A DNA stretch of 64,000 nt from positions 1 to 64,000 of the forward strand of contig JBNKNM010000007.1 in assembly GCA_050293845.1 (NCBI GenBank), in the 5' to 3' direction. Below are positions 60,888 through 64,000 of this stretch, in pieces (the first letter of the stretch is position 1; the number at the start of each line of letters is the position of its first letter). Both the position numbers and the translations under genes were made by a program. This stretch comes from Pseudobacteriovorax sp. (GTDB taxonomy: Bacteria > Bdellovibrionota_B > Oligoflexia > Oligoflexales > Oligoflexaceae). The notes under the pieces were generated by a model. That model searched no databases. It was not told the DNA's origin and worked only from the letters and a program-made list of their open reading frames with translations.

Positions 60888-61037
60888 GTTGGCTCTCCTA
60901 ATTGAGAAATCCGGATTGCTGAAAATGAAGTAGTGACGTAGCCTTTCGGTGAGCACAATCACCAGGCCACCGTAGACCAAATGAAAGGGGCGTCACATGT
61001 TAGAAGTATTTACCTCATCCTCCGACGAAAGCCAATC

Positions 61038-61295
61038 GAAAGAGAGAAAGAATAAGAGGGAGGGAAAGAGGGAGAAAGAGGGAGGAAAGAGGGAGGAAAG
61101 AGGGAGGACGGAGCGTCATAAGAGAAGAGGGAGAACGGAGCGTCAAAGCCATGTAAAAGAGGAAAGAGGGAGAAAGAGGGAGAAAGAGGTAAAAGAGGTA
61201 GAAAGTGGTAGAAAGTGGTAGAAAGTGGTAGAAAGTGGTAGAAAGTGGTAGGACGGAGCGTCAAGAAAGTGGTAGGACGGAGCGTCAAAGCCATG
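61038..61295 (+). repeat. REP-like array: G(T/G)AG-tagged mini-hairpins interleaved with 10-11 nt purine-rich tandem repeats
   Basis: ACGGAGCGTCA at 61108, 61135, 61253 and 61277; GAAAGTGGTA x5 exact at 61201-61250; many AAAGAGGGAG copies. Confidence 0.85.
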
Positions 61296-61373
61296 AAATT
61301 AAGCAATAAAGTTCCCAAAAAACTACTTAAATTCCAAATGCAATTTATTTTAGGTTAATTCCTTTAAAAGAGG

Positions 61374-61407
61374 CTTTAGAAGCATCAAAAAATCAACGCT
61401 TCTAAAG
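61374..61407. other. Inverted repeat (possible terminator)
   Basis: CTTTAGAAGC-N14-GCTTCTAAAG. Confidence 0.5.
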
Positions 61408-61509
61408 TGAATAAAAGCTAGATCTCAACTTAGTCTATTATTAATTTATCTGAAATTGCTCCCTGACTTTAAGATTAGACGCACCAATCCACTGGTGTAG
61501 GGTGGATTC

Positions 61510-62256
61510 TTAGTAAAATGAGGTCGGACTTTTCAGTCGGCGAAAGCAGCTTAGTAGCTCAGCCCTGAATTTAACTGCTTCTCTATCACCAATAGTATGA
61601 CCATGGATCAAAGAGGCATCGGTTAGATCCATAAGTCTTCCCATTGCGGAGTTGATCAAATCCCTCACAAATTTTATGATCTTTTCGGGATATATATAAT
61701 CATCAGAGTCCAGAAGGTTTGCTAGAGTTAACTTCTCCTCATGGGAAATGTTAATTTTTGCGGTGATTAGGGGATTAATGCGCCAAGCAGCGGAACAATA
61801 GGGATCTTTGATGGGGTTGTTAGAGGAATTGATTTTGTAGCGATTGAACCAGATATACTGCATTGTCTTATGAGCATAGGTCATATTAGAAATTAGCGGT
61901 GATTTATACCTCTCGCGAACAGCTTGACTATCTCTGTTAAAGCTTTTGTTGATGTACCGTGCTAAAAGCGAATTTACCGTTCTCATAAAATGGCCCAAAG
62001 CTTCGGTGGAAGCAGCTTTAACCAATAAATGAGCATGGTTATCCATAAGAATAAATTCAAAGATCTTAATCTTGTATTTTTTCCTATATTTAGCCCAGAG
62101 TTGCAAAAGGTAATCTTTCACATGCCTAGGTTTCAGTAAAAACTGCCTGTTGTGGCATCTGAAGAATACATGGGAATATGAGTTGTCTGGCAATATCTGC
62201 TTTCTTGGATACATAATTGTAAAATTGACAGTTTTTGGACTAGGTTCCAGGGACAT
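61510..62256 (-). mobile_element. Y1/HUH tyrosine transposase (RAYT / IS200 TnpA-like), no TnpB
   Basis: SHVFFRCHNRQ, MDNHAHLL (HUH), RYKS and YIWFN (catalytic Tyr); true start may be 62214 (MYPRK). Confidence 0.88.
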
Positions 62257-62511
62257 TCATTGGTTGCTGATGACTTATTTGGATAGAGCTTCGTATGTGG
62301 AAGCGCTCCGTTTAGAGAAACAAAGTTTCGTATGTGGAAGTGCTCCGTTCAGAGAAATATTAGGACTAGTTTCCAGGGACATTCATTGGTTGCTGATGAC
62401 TTATTTGGATAGAGCTTCGTATGTGGAAGTGCTCCGTTCAGAGAAATAGAGAAATAAAGTTTCGTATGTGGAAGTGCTCCGTTCAGAGAAATAAGAGAAA
62501 TACAGAGAAAT
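62237..62511 (+). repeat. ~125-bp tandem duplication containing four 31-bp REP-like units
   Basis: Copies at 62237-62358 and 62363-62492; TTCGTATGTGGAAGYGCTCCGTTYAGAGAAA at 62290, 62327, 62416 and 62461; trailing AGAGAAAT stutters. Confidence 0.9.
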
Positions 62512-62668
62512 AGAACAGCTAGAGCAGATTTAAAGTAAGTCCGGTTGGTACCGTTTCCGGTGTTCCGAACTATAGCAAAGTGAATGCATTATCTATGTCT
62601 ACTATACGATCAAACGCCTTAAGGAACTATGGAAGTGAGCTATTGCACATACATTAGACAGACTCGTA

Positions 62669-64000
62669 TTAATGAACTTCCTGCAAATAAGAGAATTTCT
62701 CTGTAAAAAAGCCCACACCCTGAGATATAGATCTCAACTCAGCAACAAGTCCTTCCATCCCTGAGCGCGGTAAGTAGGCATCTACTATGCTCCAGTTTTT
62801 CCAACCTTCTTTATTGTTAAATCCTAATAGCTGACCTTTGCGAGAGCCGATTATTTTTTGTGTTGCAGCCAAAGCTTCATCAGGAATTGAAATCTTCACT
62901 TCAAAAATTGGTTCCAATAGCTTAGTTTCACCTTCCGTCAATGCCTTATGAATACCCTGCACTGCGGCAGCTTCAAAGGCATAGTCTGAGCTATCAACCT
63001 TGTGGTAGGAGCCATCTATAAGTATTACTTCAATATCGACCACAGGATAGCCAAGAGGGCCTTTTTTTAGAGACTTTCTGACACCATTTTCAATTGCTGA
63101 GAAATAGTTTTTAGGTATGGCACCACCAGTTATTTTTTCTTGAAACCGAATACCTTCACCTCGTTCCAGTGGTTTTATTTGAAATTCGACATCCCCAAAC
63201 TGTCCATGCCCACCATTTTGCTTTTTATGTCGTGCTTTTACAGTGATAGCTTGGCAAAGAGCTTCACGGAATTCGACCTCAGGTTGCTTCTGGCTCAATT
63301 CTATTTTATGACGTCTAGCCAACTTCTGGAGGGCGACCTTTATTTGTAATTCCCCTTGACCACATAATTTTGTCTCATTAGTTTCTTGATGAATCACAAC
63401 CTGAAGGGAGTTATCTTCTTCAACAAGCTTACGTAACGCTTCACTGAGCTTTAATTCATCTGTCGCTTTTTTTGCTGAGATAGACACTGCATAAGTGGGT
63501 TGGTCAGCTACTGGCCAATCAACTGCTTGAAATTTTTGATTTTCCGACAACAAATCGCCTGTACTGAGTTCGGGAAATTTGCTAAGAGCGATAACGTACC
63601 CTGTAGGAGCTAAGCTCAAACTCTCTCTTGTAGATCCATCAAATTGATCGATACGAGACAAACTTTGCTGATTTAACTGATCACCAATAGCTAAATTACC
63701 AATTAAAACGCGACCAAAGCTAACTTTGCCAATATGCTCAAGATAAGAGGTTTTAAATACCTGAATGAGTAGCTTTGATTGGTTTGTGATGCCTCGACGA
63801 TGAAGTAGTATATCAATATCAGGGGCTTCCTGATAAAGAGCTTCCAATAAGTGACGTACGCCGTGATCCTCAAGGGCGTTACCAACAAAAACTGGTACGA
63901 TAAGATCTTCATTCAAATCCTTTCGCAAACTCTCTTCTATCGTCTGAGAATCAACCTGATTTTCTTCGATAATTTGTTCTAAAATGTGATCATCAAAATC
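62669..64000 (-). CDS. Elongation factor G-like paralogue (EF-G2), 5' end outside the window
   Basis: GQGELQ, HKKQNGGHGQFGDV, GSYHKVDSS and LLEPI motifs; frame stays open to 64000 (DFDDHILEQII). Confidence 0.9.
   Translation of the reverse strand, partial: DFDDHILEQIIEENQVDSQTIEESLRKDLNEDLIVPVFVGNALEDHGVRHLLEALYQEAPDIDILLHRRGITNQSKLLIQVFKTSYLEHIGKVSFGRVLIGNLAIGDQLNQQSLSRIDQFDGSTRESLSLAPTGYVIALSKFPELSTGDLLSENQKFQAVDWPVADQPTYAVSISAKKATDELKLSEALRKLVEEDNSLQVVIHQETNETKLCGQGELQIKVALQKLARRHKIELSQKQPEVEFREALCQAITVKARHKKQNGGHGQFGDVEFQIKPLERGEGIRFQEKITGGAIPKNYFSAIENGVRKSLKKGPLGYPVVDIEVILIDGSYHKVDSSDYAFEAAAVQGIHKALTEGETKLLEPIFEVKISIPDEALAATQKIIGSRKGQLLGFNNKEGWKNWSIVDAYLPRSGMEGLVAELRSISQGVGFFTEKFSYLQEVH

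Noticed and set aside
60997..61318. ORFs 60997-61221 (+) and 61010-61318 (-)
   Set aside because: Low-complexity translations of the purine-rich repeat array.
62150..62449. 99-aa ORF with an internal repeat
   Set aside because: Antisense to the transposase start; its repeat only reflects the 126-nt DNA duplication.
62290..62491. Four 31-bp repeats as a CRISPR array
   Set aside because: Gaps are 6, 58 and 14 nt, the intervening sequence is itself duplicated, and there are no cas genes; better explained as transposase-associated repeats.
60272..64000. Prophage or integrative element at tRNA-Asn
   Set aside because: No integrase, phage genes or duplicated tRNA 3' end seen inside the window.

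Overview
Core chromosomal window of a Gram-negative bacterium. The RpoA N-terminus, TPR-wHTH regulator and PilZ/HD-GYP content suggest a Bdellovibrionota/Oligoflexia-like deltaproteobacterial lineage (inference). 2.6-16.3 kb is the S10-spc-alpha ribosomal superoperon, lacking rplX (L24), map and rpsD at their usual positions. Next come an LptF/G permease, a TPR-wHTH regulator, a trypsin-like protease, a PilZ protein, rimP-nusA-infB-rbfA-truB-metK and ruvAB-uppP. These are followed by an XPB-like helicase/DUF790 (Bax1) nuclease pair, a DHH phosphoesterase, dtd, gpmI, mazG, an rpsR-rpmB-rpsT cluster, priA, clpP, etfAB, envelope genes, aroB, tRNA-Asn, a Y1/RAYT-type HUH transposase and a truncated EF-G paralogue. 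Strongest candidates for novelty: (1) an uncalled 35-aa, 49% Arg/Lys ORF with its own RBS between rpmB and rpsT, a possible lineage-specific ribosomal protein; (2) a solo HUH transposase bracketed by two different REP-like arrays that share an inverted core and carry outward-facing 8-11 nt tandem stutters; (3) an XPB-Bax1 module in the ruvAB gene run, with no ruvC. Also noted: three sigma28-like promoters on signalling genes, and a receiver, an Hpt and a PBP domain that each lack their usual catalytic residue. All assignments come from reading motifs by eye; no database searches were run.
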